From positions 31,365 to 95,364 of the forward strand of contig JBDKKJ010000002.1 of assembly GCA_039796155.1 (NCBI GenBank): DNA of 64,000 bases, in the 5' to 3' direction. Made by a program: the position numbers and the translations under genes. The stretch comes from Candidatus Parcubacteria bacterium. GTDB lineage: Bacteria > Patescibacteriota > Minisyncoccia > Phycocordibacterales > UBA6065. Shown here piece after piece: positions 10,098-20,442 of the stretch (positions are counted from its first letter, which is position 1; each line of letters starts with the position of its first letter). The notes beneath the pieces are model-generated. The model made no database searches. It was not told the DNA's origin and worked only from the letters and a program-made list of their open reading frames with translations.

Positions 10098-10838
10098 TTA
10101 ATTACGAGCCTTTAACTCTGTCTCTCGTGCCATCTGCTTTCGTATATAGAGCTCCTGTCCAATCGTAAAGAGGTTTGAGGTAATCCAGTAGAGCGCGAGT
10201 GCTGAAGCAATGTTGTATGAAATGAAGAAGATCATGACAGGGAAGATATACTTCATTTGTATCTGCATATTTCGCGCCAAATCGTCCTGGAAGCTTCCAC
10301 CTTCGGTCTTTTTTGCAGTTATAGGCACTGAGAACTTTATTTGATAATACTGCGACGCTGCGGCGAGTACAGCAAGAATCACACTCTTTTGAGTTACATC
10401 AACAAGACCCAAGAAAATAGTGTTTATATGAGCCGGAACCCCTACAAATGAATAGAGGATATCTGTATGTATTGTAGAAAATCCCGCTGAGTAGAATATT
10501 TTATAAAGAGCAAAAATAATAGGGAGCTGAATAAGAAGAAGAAAAATGCTCGAGAAAGGGTTTACCTGCTTCTCTTTATACAACTTCATCGTCGCAACAG
10601 CTTGCTGTTGTTTATCGTCCTTATACTTCTCTTTAATAGCCTTAAGTTCAGGTTCAACAAGCTTCATCATAGCCTGTGTGCGAACAGCCTTCTTTGAAAC
10701 AGGGAAGAGTACGAGCTTTACAAGCACTGTAAAGAGGATGATAAGGAAACCAGCATCAAGAAACGGCAAACTGTCAGCCAATAGAATAAGGCCGTTATAA
10801 AGAGGATCGTAAATAAATGTTGTGTATAGATAACCCAT
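10098..10838 (-). CDS. yidC: membrane protein insertase YidC (short form)
   Basis: 246 aa, 5 TM; conserved YidC/Oxa1 core; canonical position downstream of rnpA. Confidence 0.8.
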   Translation of the reverse strand: MGYLYTTFIYDPLYNGLILLADSLPFLDAGFLIILFTVLVKLVLFPVSKKAVRTQAMMKLVEPELKAIKEKYKDDKQQQAVATMKLYKEKQVNPFSSIFLLLIQLPIIFALYKIFYSAGFSTIHTDILYSFVGVPAHINTIFLGLVDVTQKSVILAVLAAASQYYQIKFSVPITAKKTEGGSFQDDLARNMQIQMKYIFPVMIFFISYNIASALALYWITSNLFTIGQELYIRKQMARETELKARN

Positions 10839-10878
10839 ATATATGTATTAGAGACTCAATAGTAGCTTACTTAGTAGT

Positions 10879-11208
10879 CTAGCTCAACAACCCAGCCTTT
10901 TTAAAAACAATCTCGACTTCTTTTGAAATATCAGTAAACGGTGCTTTTATGAATTCCTTTTTTGGCATAAGCATGGCGTAAACCGGAAAAGAGAGGTTTC
11001 CTTTAACCCTCTCAAGAGCTGAATAAGCTCTACGTCGAATCCTGTTTCTGTCTACAGCAAGCGGGACAACCTTCTTTGAAACAGCCACAGCGAACTTAGA
11101 TTTTGAGGCAGGGGTATAGCGCATAGAAAAAAGCGTCCCAAAGACGCTTTTTCCTTGAGAAAGTGCTTCTATATCGCTAACTGTAAGCCTTTCTACCTTT
11201 TTGAGCAT
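10879..11208 (-). CDS. rnpA: ribonuclease P protein component
   Basis: 109-aa basic protein between rpmH and yidC; RnpA-like sequence. Confidence 0.7.
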   Translation of the reverse strand: MLKKVERLTVSDIEALSQGKSVFGTLFSMRYTPASKSKFAVAVSKKVVPLAVDRNRIRRRAYSALERVKGNLSFPVYAMLMPKKEFIKAPFTDISKEVEIVFKKAGLLS

Positions 11209-11209
11209 T

Positions 11210-11347
11210 TTAAACTTTGAGCAACTTCTTACGACCCTTATGGCGTCGGCGGGTGATAACCGCTCTTCCTGTAGGGGTAGATTTTCGTGCGAGGAATCCG
11301 TGTGCTCGTGCTCGCTTTCTGTTTTTTGTTTTGTATACGATTGCCAT
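11210..11347 (-). CDS. rpmH: 50S ribosomal protein L34
   Basis: Manual translation of minus strand: [45 protein letters not shown] (45 aa), classic L34; not in ORF track because <60 aa. Confidence 0.85.
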   Translation of the reverse strand: MAIVYKTKNRKRARAHGFLARKSTPTGRAVITRRRHKGRKKLLKV

Positions 11348-11462
11348 AAAATCAGTTATTAACAACTTGTTCACATATTATTAACACATTTAGGCCTTGG
11401 TTTCAAGTACTACTATTCCCATAAGCCATTATACTTACGTTACTTCGGAAAATAATACTTAT

Positions 11463-12809
11463 ATGGATAATAAAAAAATATGGGAGAGTGTGCTTGGAAG
11501 CATCGAACTTCAGGTATCAAAAGCTAACTTTACGATGTGGTTTAAAGACACCTATATCCATAAACAGGATGATGGGGTGGTGTATGTTTCTGTGCCGAGT
11601 GTTTTTGCTAAAGAATGGCTTTCAAGTAAGTTTCATAAAACAATCCTCAAGTTCTTGAGAGATGAAGGTAGTGATATCCGATCTCTTGAATACGTCATAT
11701 CAAAGTCTTCTGAACGAAAAGAGGTTCAAGAAGAGCCTCGAAAACACGTAACACCCGCACATGAGCTTCCATTACAGGAATTCTATGTAAGCAAGGATGA
11801 TAACCTTAACCCTAAGTACACGTTTGATACCTTTGTTGTTGGTCCATTTAACGAACTCGCTCATGCAGCAGCTCAAGCAGTTATAAAGAACCCAGGAGTC
11901 GCATATAACCCGCTTTACCTTTACGGAGGAACGGGGCGTGGAAAAACTCACCTTATGCAGGCAGTAGGGAATCACATAAAAGCCAACAACCCTGCAAAAA
12001 AGGTATTCTATGTTACCTCTGAACGCTTTGCGGTTGACTACATGAACTCAATTCAGCTTGGTAAAGCTAATCAGTTTAAGGAAAAGTATCGTAAGTATGA
12101 TGTTTTGATCATGGATGACGTTCAATTCTTCTCAAGCAAGGAAAAATCACAGGAAGAATTCTTCCATCTCTTCAACACCCTTAAAGAAAACAACAGACAA
12201 CTCATTTGTTCTTCAGACCAACACCCGAATCACATGCCGGATATAGAAGACCGTATAAAATCACGCTTTGGCGCGGGAATGATTGTTGATGTATCTGCAC
12301 CTGACTACGAATCACGCTTTATAATTCTTAAAACAAAGCTCGAACGCCAGAATATTACGCTTCCACAAGAGCTTTTGGAGTTTCTTGCACAGTCAGTGGA
12401 AGGAAATATTCGAGAACTTGAGGGAATTGTGAACTCAATTGCTATGCAGACGCAGGTTCGAGGTAGGGAACTTAATATTATTGAGATTAAAAATCTCATA
12501 AAGAACAGTGCAAAGCCAAAGAAAACAATTTCTATTAAAGAAGTAGTTAAAATTGTGTCTGATTTCTACAACATTGAGGAAAATCACATATACGAGAAAA
12601 CTCGTAAGAAAGAAGTGGTGAAGCCACGTCAGGTAATTATGTATATTCTTCGCGAGGATATGAATATTTCATATCCGTCTATTGGTGAGAAGCTTGGAGG
12701 CCGTGATCACACGACAGTTATTCATTCTTGTGAAAAAATCAAAGAAGATATAAAGTCGAATCAAACACTACTTCAGGAGGTTAATCATATTCGTTCTTTA
12801 ATCACCTAA
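11463..12809 (+). CDS. dnaA: chromosomal replication initiator protein DnaA
   Basis: N-terminus MDNKKIWESVLGSIELQ… (ATG 11463 preferred over 11397), Walker A GGTGRGKTHL, C-terminal DNA-binding domain. Confidence 0.9.
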   Translation: MDNKKIWESVLGSIELQVSKANFTMWFKDTYIHKQDDGVVYVSVPSVFAKEWLSSKFHKTILKFLRDEGSDIRSLEYVISKSSERKEVQEEPRKHVTPAHELPLQEFYVSKDDNLNPKYTFDTFVVGPFNELAHAAAQAVIKNPGVAYNPLYLYGGTGRGKTHLMQAVGNHIKANNPAKKVFYVTSERFAVDYMNSIQLGKANQFKEKYRKYDVLIMDDVQFFSSKEKSQEEFFHLFNTLKENNRQLICSSDQHPNHMPDIEDRIKSRFGAGMIVDVSAPDYESRFIILKTKLERQNITLPQELLEFLAQSVEGNIRELEGIVNSIAMQTQVRGRELNIIEIKNLIKNSAKPKKTISIKEVVKIVSDFYNIEENHIYEKTRKKEVVKPRQVIMYILREDMNISYPSIGEKLGGRDHTTVIHSCEKIKEDIKSNQTLLQEVNHIRSLIT

Positions 12810-13037
12810 CAGCCTGTGAATGGGGTGGGGATAGTAAGTGAGAAACTGGGGATAAAAAGAGGGTTTTAAAGAAAAGATAAAAAGTTATATTTCTGGGCAG
12901 GTGGATATCCCCAGAATAAAACAAAATAAAATCTAGAATATGTATATAACTAGCCTTATAAAAAGTTATACACATATACACAGTGATAATAGTAATAATA
13001 GTCTTCTTAATAGAATATAAGAATATATACTGGGGAT
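12810..13037. promoter_or_regulatory. candidate oriC: AT-rich dnaA-dnaN intergenic region with DnaA-box-like 9-mers
   Basis: ~75% AT; near-consensus DnaA boxes (tggggataa 12846, ggtggatat ~12917, ttatacaca 12984, tggggatat 13030) in the classic dnaA-dnaN position. Confidence 0.5.
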
Positions 13038-14138
13038 ATGAAAATAGAATGCATTAAAGAGAAACTAATAGAAGGAATTGCAAAGGCAGACCGCCTTACA
13101 GGTAAGAATCTTTCTTTACCTATTCTTTCTTGTATCAATCTTTCTGCAAAAGGTAATTCTTTGATTATACGAGCAACAAACCTTGATTGTGGTATAGAGA
13201 TCAAGATTGCAGCTAAGGTAGACGTAGAAGGCGAAATAGCCCTTCATGGAGGGGTTATGAGTTCACTCCTTGCCGGTCTTCCAAAGGAAAAAAACATTAC
13301 CCTTGAATCAAAGGAGGGAAATGTTGTTATTTCTACATCTGCCAACACAACACTCATTAAAACATTTCCACCGGATGATTTTCCAACTATTCCAAAGCTT
13401 GAAACACAAAGAACAGTTGATATAAGCCCAAAACTTCTTGTTAAAGGTTTTAAATCGGTGTTCTATAGCGCTTCACAATCAACAGTAAAGCCAGAGCTTT
13501 CAAGTGTGTATGTGTTTAAAGAAGACTCAGACCTTGTGTTCGTGTCAACAGACTCATTCAGACTTGCTGAGAAAAGGATAAAAATTAAGGACACTCTCGA
13601 TTTCCCGTCAGTTATAATCCCAGCCAAGAATGTTGCTGATATTATTCGAACTCTTGAAAACACCACTGATGATGTAAAGGTTTTATTTGATAAAAACCAA
13701 ATTGCTTTTGAGGCAAAGGATATTTACCTCATGTCTCGCGTAATTGACGCTACGTTCCCAGACTACAAACAAATCATTCCAAAAACATTCATCACAGAGG
13801 TGGTTGTATTAAAGCAGGATTTTGTTGATTCTCTTAAAACCTCACATGTTTTCTCTGATAAGTTTAATCAGGTTAATGTAAAAGCGCTTCCTTCGAAGAA
13901 ATCATTTACCATTTCTACAAAAAATAGTGATGTTGGTGAATATACCAACGCTATTGATTCAAGTGTGACAGGGCAGGATGTTGAAATAAATTTTAATCAC
14001 AAATACATTGCAGACAGCTTCCAATCTATTGATTCTGATAGTATTTCTATTTCAATCAGTGGAGCAAACAAACCTCTTGTTATGAAAGGTGTATCTGATA
14101 AATCATTCACATACCTTGTGATGCCAATGAATCGTTAA
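13038..14138 (+). CDS. dnaN: DNA polymerase III beta sliding clamp
   Basis: 366 aa, DnaN three-domain pattern; immediately follows dnaA/oriC. Confidence 0.85.
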   Translation: MKIECIKEKLIEGIAKADRLTGKNLSLPILSCINLSAKGNSLIIRATNLDCGIEIKIAAKVDVEGEIALHGGVMSSLLAGLPKEKNITLESKEGNVVISTSANTTLIKTFPPDDFPTIPKLETQRTVDISPKLLVKGFKSVFYSASQSTVKPELSSVYVFKEDSDLVFVSTDSFRLAEKRIKIKDTLDFPSVIIPAKNVADIIRTLENTTDDVKVLFDKNQIAFEAKDIYLMSRVIDATFPDYKQIIPKTFITEVVVLKQDFVDSLKTSHVFSDKFNQVNVKALPSKKSFTISTKNSDVGEYTNAIDSSVTGQDVEINFNHKYIADSFQSIDSDSISISISGANKPLVMKGVSDKSFTYLVMPMNR

Positions 14139-14149
14139 TACAAGCTCTT

Positions 14150-14401
14150 GTGTTTAACATTTCTGATTATTTTAAGAAGTTTACCAAGATTGAGAAGGAG
14201 GGTTTAGTTGAAAGTGACGCTATTTTATCGGCACTTAATGAATCATGTGGGACGGGGACTGTGCGGTTTGAGATAAAAAAAGACATTCTTTATATTAAAG
14301 GATCACCGGTTCTTAAATCGGCACTGTATACCAAAAAGTCTCAAATACTGGCTTCAATAAAGAAAAAATTACCTCAAAGCAGAATTGTGGATATTAGGTA
14401 A
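14150..14401 (+). CDS. small hypothetical protein (possibly DUF721-like) downstream of dnaN
   Basis: 83 aa; position analogous to the small dnaN-associated genes of other bacteria; weak pattern similarity only. Confidence 0.3.
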   Translation: MFNISDYFKKFTKIEKEGLVESDAILSALNESCGTGTVRFEIKKDILYIKGSPVLKSALYTKKSQILASIKKKLPQSRIVDIR

Positions 14402-14403
14402 AT

Positions 14404-14432
14404 AAAAAACCGAGCACATGCTCGGTTTTTTA
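14404..14432. terminator. bidirectional rho-independent terminator
   Basis: Hairpin ccgagcacatgctcgg plus T6, between convergent genes. Confidence 0.65.
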
Positions 14433-14435
14433 TTC

Positions 14436-16985
14436 TTAATTATCAAGCGCTACAGAGAAGGTTCCCGTCACTTCGCTTTTGTTAAAGACTGAATCGTACG
14501 CCGTGATTCTGATTTGGTTACTTTCCTGAATTCCTGAAATATCTTTAGGGTTAAATCTAAACATAAATGGTTGAGACTCAATTATCCCAACAAAGACATC
14601 ATTAACATAAAGGGTTGCTTTTGCGAGAGGGTATCGACCAGCAGAAGAAAGAGGAATAGCAATTGTATCGTTCAGTGTATATTTTGCATCATTCACACTT
14701 TGAATATTCACCTTAAATATATTTACCGCAGTGTGAACATCATCTGTTTGTTTTGGTATAACAGATTCATCCTGGTCGACATACTTGTTTTCCTCCGCCC
14801 ATTTACGCACAGGAGCCTCCCAGCGCTCGAATTGAGGGTCGTCTTGAGGGTTTGTTGGTTGTGCACCCAACGGATCAGCCTTGTTCAACCAGTAGAGTAT
14901 TGAGTGAACAGAAGTTATGGCAACATCTTTGCGTGTTTCTGGTGGTGTGAGGTCGGTGGCAAGCTTTTTTGAAATAGTATCAATAGTGTATGTTTTTCCT
15001 CCTTGCCAAATACCTTTCATAACAGGTTTGAGAGTGGTTGGATCTGCTGGATTTGGTGGGGTGAATCGTTCATCGCTTACAGAAGCCAATCCTTGTTTCA
15101 TAAACGAACTCCACATTGGTGCAACAATCTGACCTGCAACCTTTTTAACCATGGGGCTGTTATCGTTGTTTCCAGCCCATACACCTACAACAAGGTTTGG
15201 GGTATATCCCACGGTCCATGCATCACGTGAATCGTTTGTGGTACCTGTTTTAGCCGCTACATCACGTGTAGGGAAGTGGAGAACAGAGTTTGGACCATAC
15301 CCTGGTGTTCGTGCCACATTGTCACTAAGGATGCTTGAAATAGTTCGTGCTGTTTCTGCGGGTAGAACCTGATTTTGTCTTTGTGAAGGAATAGAAATTT
15401 CAGTACCTTTCGAATCAAAAATCTGAAGAACTGGTCGGCTAGCAACTCGAACCCCGTCGTTAGCAAAAATTCCATATGCGCTGGTCATTTCAAGAAGAGA
15501 GACTTCGCCACCTCCGAGCACGAGGGTTAGACCGTATTGATCTGCATTAGTGAGGCTGGTAATACCCATGTTTTTAGCCAACGTAATAGAATTTTTGATA
15601 CCCGCAAGGTAAAGAGTTTTAATAGCAGGAATGTTGATTGATTGAGCAAGGGCGTCACGGAGAGTTATTGGCCCACGGAAATTATCGTCGTAGTTGCCAG
15701 GCATGTAACATTGCTTTGGATCGCCTTCTGGATCGAGTGGTTTTCCTTCGAGATCACAGGTTGTTGAGAACGAGGTTTGGAGATCAAACAAAACCGTCTC
15801 GGGTGTGTAACCTTTATTAAAGGCTTCTGCATAGATAATAGGCTTCATTGTTGAGCCCGGTTGGCGGTTTGCTGCAACCGCAACATTAAATTGACCATCA
15901 ATTATTTTGTCGAAGTAATCACGAGAACCAACCATCGAAAGAATGTCTCCGTTGTGTGGGTTTATTGCTATGAGGGCTGCGTTTGTAGCGTTAAAATCCG
16001 TTGTATTTTTAAGAGCGGTGGTTTTTACAAGGTCTTCTGCTTTTTCCTGAAGGTTGGCATCGAGCGTGGTGATAACTTTGTAACCCCCATCATCAAGCGA
16101 CCCTTTGCCGAGTATGTTTTCAAGATAGTCTTTAACAAAGAAAACAAAATGAGGTGCTTTTATACCAAACCGTCCTTGGGGTTGGAAGACAACCTTCTCT
16201 TTGAGAGCGTTTTTGTATTCAGTGGTGTTGATCGCGGCTGTATCAAGCATTTTTTTCAGCACGAGATTTTTTCGAGCTTCAAGTTTTTCTTTATTTTTTC
16301 CGTATGGTGAATAGAAGGTGCTTGCCTGGGGAATGGCGGCCAGGTATGCGGCTTCGGCAAGTGTTATGTCTTTAGCCGTCTTGCTAAAGAATTGCTTTGA
16401 AGCTTCTTCTACACCGTACACGTTGCCTCCATAAGGGTTTTCGTTGAGATAGCTTGTGAGAATGGTGTCTTTTGGTAGTGCGCTGTCGAGTTTTACGGCA
16501 AGAACCCACTCCTTTAATTTTCGAGAAATAGTTTTGTCTCCCGTCAAAAGTGTGTTCTTTACCACCTGTTGGGTGATAGTTGAACCTCCTTGGCTGTATC
16601 CACCACTTACAACATTTGCCAATACCGCACGCATGATTGAGGAAATTTTAATTCCTTTGTGGATATAGAAATCTTCGTCTTCGATTGCCACTGTTGCCTT
16701 CTTGATAAAAGGGGAGATATCGGCAGAGATAAGAATGGTTCGTTTTATGCTGTCGTGGAGGTCGTAGAGAAGCACTTTTCCGGTTCGATCAAAGATTTTT
16801 GTTGATTCAGAAACTTTTCGCTGTTCAAACGATGACAGGTCGGGGAGGCGGAATGATGAAATCCAGAGTGTACCAGCGCCGAAGCAGAGAAAAAAGATGG
16901 ATAGAATGACAACAGCGATGTCTTTTTTGGTGTGCGCTTTTATATGATGCTTTATTTTTTTAAAAATACTTTTTTTCTTAGACAT
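14436..16985 (-). CDS. class A penicillin-binding protein 1A (transglycosylase/transpeptidase)
   Basis: N-terminal TM anchor, GT51 motifs (EDxxFxxHxG, GGSTITQQ), transpeptidase domain, 849 aa. Confidence 0.85.
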   Translation of the reverse strand: MSKKKSIFKKIKHHIKAHTKKDIAVVILSIFFLCFGAGTLWISSFRLPDLSSFEQRKVSESTKIFDRTGKVLLYDLHDSIKRTILISADISPFIKKATVAIEDEDFYIHKGIKISSIMRAVLANVVSGGYSQGGSTITQQVVKNTLLTGDKTISRKLKEWVLAVKLDSALPKDTILTSYLNENPYGGNVYGVEEASKQFFSKTAKDITLAEAAYLAAIPQASTFYSPYGKNKEKLEARKNLVLKKMLDTAAINTTEYKNALKEKVVFQPQGRFGIKAPHFVFFVKDYLENILGKGSLDDGGYKVITTLDANLQEKAEDLVKTTALKNTTDFNATNAALIAINPHNGDILSMVGSRDYFDKIIDGQFNVAVAANRQPGSTMKPIIYAEAFNKGYTPETVLFDLQTSFSTTCDLEGKPLDPEGDPKQCYMPGNYDDNFRGPITLRDALAQSINIPAIKTLYLAGIKNSITLAKNMGITSLTNADQYGLTLVLGGGEVSLLEMTSAYGIFANDGVRVASRPVLQIFDSKGTEISIPSQRQNQVLPAETARTISSILSDNVARTPGYGPNSVLHFPTRDVAAKTGTTNDSRDAWTVGYTPNLVVGVWAGNNDNSPMVKKVAGQIVAPMWSSFMKQGLASVSDERFTPPNPADPTTLKPVMKGIWQGGKTYTIDTISKKLATDLTPPETRKDVAITSVHSILYWLNKADPLGAQPTNPQDDPQFERWEAPVRKWAEENKYVDQDESVIPKQTDDVHTAVNIFKVNIQSVNDAKYTLNDTIAIPLSSAGRYPLAKATLYVNDVFVGIIESQPFMFRFNPKDISGIQESNQIRITAYDSVFNKSEVTGTFSVALDN

Positions 16986-17053
16986 GGGCTTACGATATCA
17001 CTGAATGAAAAGCCTCACAAGACAACAAAATACCGCCATGTTAAAGTAAATCC

Positions 17054-18280
17054 ATGAAATTTTTTACGGCTCAAACAAAGGTTAATACAAACCCACAGGA
17101 CATAGAAAACTTCCTCGGAAGAGGTGTTGAAAATGTGTTTCCCTCAAAGGATGCTTTTGCTAAAGCGCTTGCTTCAGGAAAACGTCTTTCAATATATCTT
17201 GGTATTGATCCAACGGGTCCTACGCTCCATATGGGCCATGCTATACCACTCATGAAGCTTTCCACTCTTCAGGCCATGGGACATCAAATCATTCTTCTGA
17301 TGGGTGATTTCACTGCAATGATAGGGGATCCTACTGATAAGGCAGCTACTCGAAAGCGCCTTACACGAGATGAGATACTTTTAAACCTTACGCACTACAA
17401 GGAACAGGCTGAAACATTTCTTTCTTTTAAAGGAAGCAATGCAGCAAAAATAAAGTTCAACAGCACATGGCTTGGCAAGATGAGTTTTGCTGATGTTGTT
17501 GATTTAGCTTCACACACGACTGTTCAGCAAATGCTTGAACGAGACATGTTTGATAATCGCATGAAGGAAAATAAGCCAATATACCTTCATGAATTTCTAT
17601 ATCCTTTGATGCAAGGTTACGATTCTGTGGCTATGGATGTGGATGCAGAGATTGGTGGTAATGATCAAACCTTTAACATGCTTGCAGGACGTAATCTCAT
17701 GCGAACCCTCAAGAACAAAGAGAAATTTGTGCTTGCTACAAAGCTCCTCGTCGATCCAACAGGTAAAAAGATGGGTAAGTCAGAGGGGAACATGATTACT
17801 CTTGCTGACACAGCAAAAGATATGTTTGGAAAGATTATGAGTTGGCCGGACTCTTTGATTGTTCCAAGCTTCGAACTCTGTACCAAGGTTACTGCTGAAG
17901 AGATTGAAAAGGAAAAAGCGTATCTTGCGTCAGGTGCAAATCCTCGTGATGCAAAGGTGCGTCTCGCACTTGCAGTGGTTGAACTTTATTACGGAAAGAG
18001 TGAGGCGGAAAAATCTCGAGATTCTTTTGCATCAGCATTTTCTGCAGGAACAATGCCGACGGACGCTTTGGAGGTAAAGGTTGAAAAAGGTGCCTCGCTT
18101 TCTCAGATTTTGATTGATAATAAAATCGTGGCTTCAAAGACTGAATTTAGAAAACTTGTGGGTGAAAAGGCTGTGAAGGATGTGGCTACGGGAAAGGTGG
18201 TTGAAGCACACGACGCTCTTGTGGAAGGAAATATGGATATAAAAGTAGGGAAGATGAGGTTCCTAAAGATTCGAGTGTAA
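17054..18280 (+). CDS. tyrS: tyrosyl-tRNA synthetase
   Basis: HIGH-class motif 'TLHMGH', 'IGDPT', 'KMGKS', C-terminal S4-like domain; 408 aa. Confidence 0.85.
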   Translation: MKFFTAQTKVNTNPQDIENFLGRGVENVFPSKDAFAKALASGKRLSIYLGIDPTGPTLHMGHAIPLMKLSTLQAMGHQIILLMGDFTAMIGDPTDKAATRKRLTRDEILLNLTHYKEQAETFLSFKGSNAAKIKFNSTWLGKMSFADVVDLASHTTVQQMLERDMFDNRMKENKPIYLHEFLYPLMQGYDSVAMDVDAEIGGNDQTFNMLAGRNLMRTLKNKEKFVLATKLLVDPTGKKMGKSEGNMITLADTAKDMFGKIMSWPDSLIVPSFELCTKVTAEEIEKEKAYLASGANPRDAKVRLALAVVELYYGKSEAEKSRDSFASAFSAGTMPTDALEVKVEKGASLSQILIDNKIVASKTEFRKLVGEKAVKDVATGKVVEAHDALVEGNMDIKVGKMRFLKIRV

Positions 18281-18284
18281 GTAA

Positions 18285-18314
18285 AACAAAAACCGCACAT
18301 GTGCGGTTTTTGTT
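18285..18314. terminator. rho-independent terminator
   Basis: Hairpin aaccgcacatgtgcggtt plus T-run after tyrS. Confidence 0.6.
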
Positions 18315-18542
18315 TTACCAACTCTCTTCTTCGTCTGTCATGAAGTCTTTGAGCGGATCATCCTCGTCTTCTTCGTTCTCAAGCGAATCATCAACATCAG
18401 CATCGTCTGTTGCTTCATCGTCATCACTTGCGACCTTCTTGGGGCTTGGATCATCACTTTCCTCTGTCTCTTCCTTCTCCTCTTCTTTAACGGCGGTCTT
18501 TGGTGCTATGACCTCGTCTTTTTCTGTTTTCTTTCGTGGCAT
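18315..18542 (-). CDS. highly acidic small protein (hypothetical)
   Basis: 75-aa ORF, D/E-rich C-terminal half; co-directional with ruvC; coding status uncertain. Confidence 0.3.
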   Translation of the reverse strand: MPRKKTEKDEVIAPKTAVKEEEKEETEESDDPSPKKVASDDDEATDDADVDDSLENEEDEDDPLKDFMTDEEESW

Positions 18543-18622
18543 ATAACTTTTTGGTTTCTAAGTGCCTCTATTTGTAACAGATATGAATTTTTTTGCAAAT
18601 TTTTGCCTCTGTGGAAAAGTCC

Positions 18623-19102
18623 TTAGGAGAATCTTTCGGTCGCAAAGCAGGTAAGCCCTACAGCAATAGCATCGTATTCATCGTCATGTTTTATCTCTTT
18701 TGTGAGCTTTATAAGGCGTGGAATCATCGAAATAATTTGATCTTTATCGCTTTTTCCATAGCCGGTAACAGCTACTTTAATCTGCCCTGGTCCGTATTCG
18801 TATACGGGGAGATTGTGAGTCGCTGCTTGATATAAAATCACTCCGCGTGCCTCAGCGACGGTTATGGCCGTCTTTTGATTGTTACTAAAGAAAAGATTTT
18901 CGAGAGCAAGTGCGCTCGGGTTGTGTTCTTCGATTATCTTTTTAATCTCATTTCCTATGAGACCGAGACGTTCGTGATGGGGCAGGTTTTTGGATGTTCT
19001 AAAACAATCTGAATACACTAAAACTTCCTTCGAACGAAGTTCTTTTTCTATTACTGCTATACCGAGTCGTTCGTATCCCGGGTCAATTGAGATGATTCTC
19101 AT
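18623..19102 (-). CDS. ruvC: Holliday junction resolvase RuvC
   Basis: MRIISIDPGYERLGIAV… N-terminus, 159 aa. Confidence 0.8.
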   Translation of the reverse strand: MRIISIDPGYERLGIAVIEKELRSKEVLVYSDCFRTSKNLPHHERLGLIGNEIKKIIEEHNPSALALENLFFSNNQKTAITVAEARGVILYQAATHNLPVYEYGPGQIKVAVTGYGKSDKDQIISMIPRLIKLTKEIKHDDEYDAIAVGLTCFATERFS

Positions 19103-19111
19103 CTCTCTATT

Positions 19112-19639
19112 CTACTCTACGTTTGTATAGACTTCCTGTACCTCTTCACTTGCATCGAGTGCATCAATAAGTTTCTCAAGGAGTACAAGGTCTTCATCGG
19201 AGAGCTCAACAGTCATGGTCGGTTTCCAGGCTGTGCCTTCACGGGTGAAAGCCCACGCAGCACTACCAATAGCCGCAAGCTCATAGCCATTTGCGGTGAG
19301 AATGTGTTTTACCTCCTGTGCCGCTTTGTTTTTATTCGTTGTAAGGGCTTCGATAATAAGCGCGCATCCACCAGGGCCATATGCTTCATAGAGGATTGAT
19401 TCAAGGGAAGTCCCTGGTTCACCACCTTTTTTGATGGCACGCTCAATAACTTCGTTGGTTACGTCCTCTGCTTTAGCACGATCAATAATTGCACGCAGGC
19501 TTGGTGCGTTTTTATCACTTTTTACTTTCTGTGCCTCAGCTGAAATCAATTTTGAGTAGCGAGAATAAAGTTTAGACTTTGCTCCATCTGTTTTCGCTTT
19601 CTTTCGTTTAATTTGTGACCATTTATTATGTCCTGACAT
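19112..19639 (-). CDS. yebC: YebC/PmpR family DNA-binding transcriptional regulator
   Basis: MSGHNKWSQIKRKKA… signature N-terminus (internal ATG preferred over 19669). Confidence 0.8.
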   Translation of the reverse strand: MSGHNKWSQIKRKKAKTDGAKSKLYSRYSKLISAEAQKVKSDKNAPSLRAIIDRAKAEDVTNEVIERAIKKGGEPGTSLESILYEAYGPGGCALIIEALTTNKNKAAQEVKHILTANGYELAAIGSAAWAFTREGTAWKPTMTVELSDEDLVLLEKLIDALDASEEVQEVYTNVE

Positions 19640-19691
19640 GATTTTGATACAAATATTTACTACCAACAAGAACTATTGGGTTCCAATAAAT

Positions 19692-20390
19692 TTACCATTT
19701 TCCAAGACCCGTTTTGACATTAAAAGCATCTTCAAACCGTTTGTTTGCATCTTGAGGTATATAGTAGTTTTCACACTGGTTACTCACTGTGATTGTGTTT
19801 GCTATATTATTTTTTGACAGTATGTGTGCTAAATCACTTATCTTGTTAAACGGGATAAGTAGCGTTAAGGTGCTGTCGGAGGTTTTCAGTGATAGCCAGG
19901 TTTCAAGGAAACATTGAGACGATCTCCGTGTACCACTTTTTCTCAGGATAAAAAACCCGACTGTTTCCGAGCTTACAACCTTTCTGTATTCTATCTTTTT
20001 GAGTATTTCACCCGACAGCAAGTCAACCTGAACGATTCCTGACTCAGTGAAGATAGCTCGGTTAGAGAATAAACCAAATATTATGAAGATAAAAGAAAAT
20101 ATCAAAAGAAAAGCCTTTTTTACCCATAGTTTAGAGGGCGTGAGAGTATTTTTGTGACTGTCTTTACCAGTCAATCCAGCAAATAGCCATCCGACGAAAA
20201 CAGACAGAAGAAATATTCCAACGGGCAAAATAACTATATTTGATTTCGTCAGCGAAAAGATCAAAATAGACTCATCTATAATTATTTGCATGACGTAATT
20301 ACCTAAAATAGGCAGTGTGTTTCCGAGCACAATTACCGAACAGACCACTCCAACAAAAAAGAACCAAAACTTTTTAGATGTTATTTTCAT
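19692..20390 (-). CDS. membrane protein, hypothetical
   Basis: 232 aa with 4 TM segments in N-terminal half. Confidence 0.4.
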   Translation of the reverse strand: MKITSKKFWFFFVGVVCSVIVLGNTLPILGNYVMQIIIDESILIFSLTKSNIVILPVGIFLLSVFVGWLFAGLTGKDSHKNTLTPSKLWVKKAFLLIFSFIFIIFGLFSNRAIFTESGIVQVDLLSGEILKKIEYRKVVSSETVGFFILRKSGTRRSSQCFLETWLSLKTSDSTLTLLIPFNKISDLAHILSKNNIANTITVSNQCENYYIPQDANKRFEDAFNVKTGLGKW

Positions 20391-20442
20391 AAAATAATTT
20401 TACCACGGCAAATCCCAATCTTTTGGTCGACGGTTTTATGGC

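Noticed and set aside
14571-16668. Multiple plus-strand ORFs inside the PBP1A gene and similar embedded ORFs inside polA, ileS, pilB, ruvB, Mur ligase and other long genes
   Set aside because: All lie antisense or out of frame within long motif-supported CDSs and carry no independent signals.
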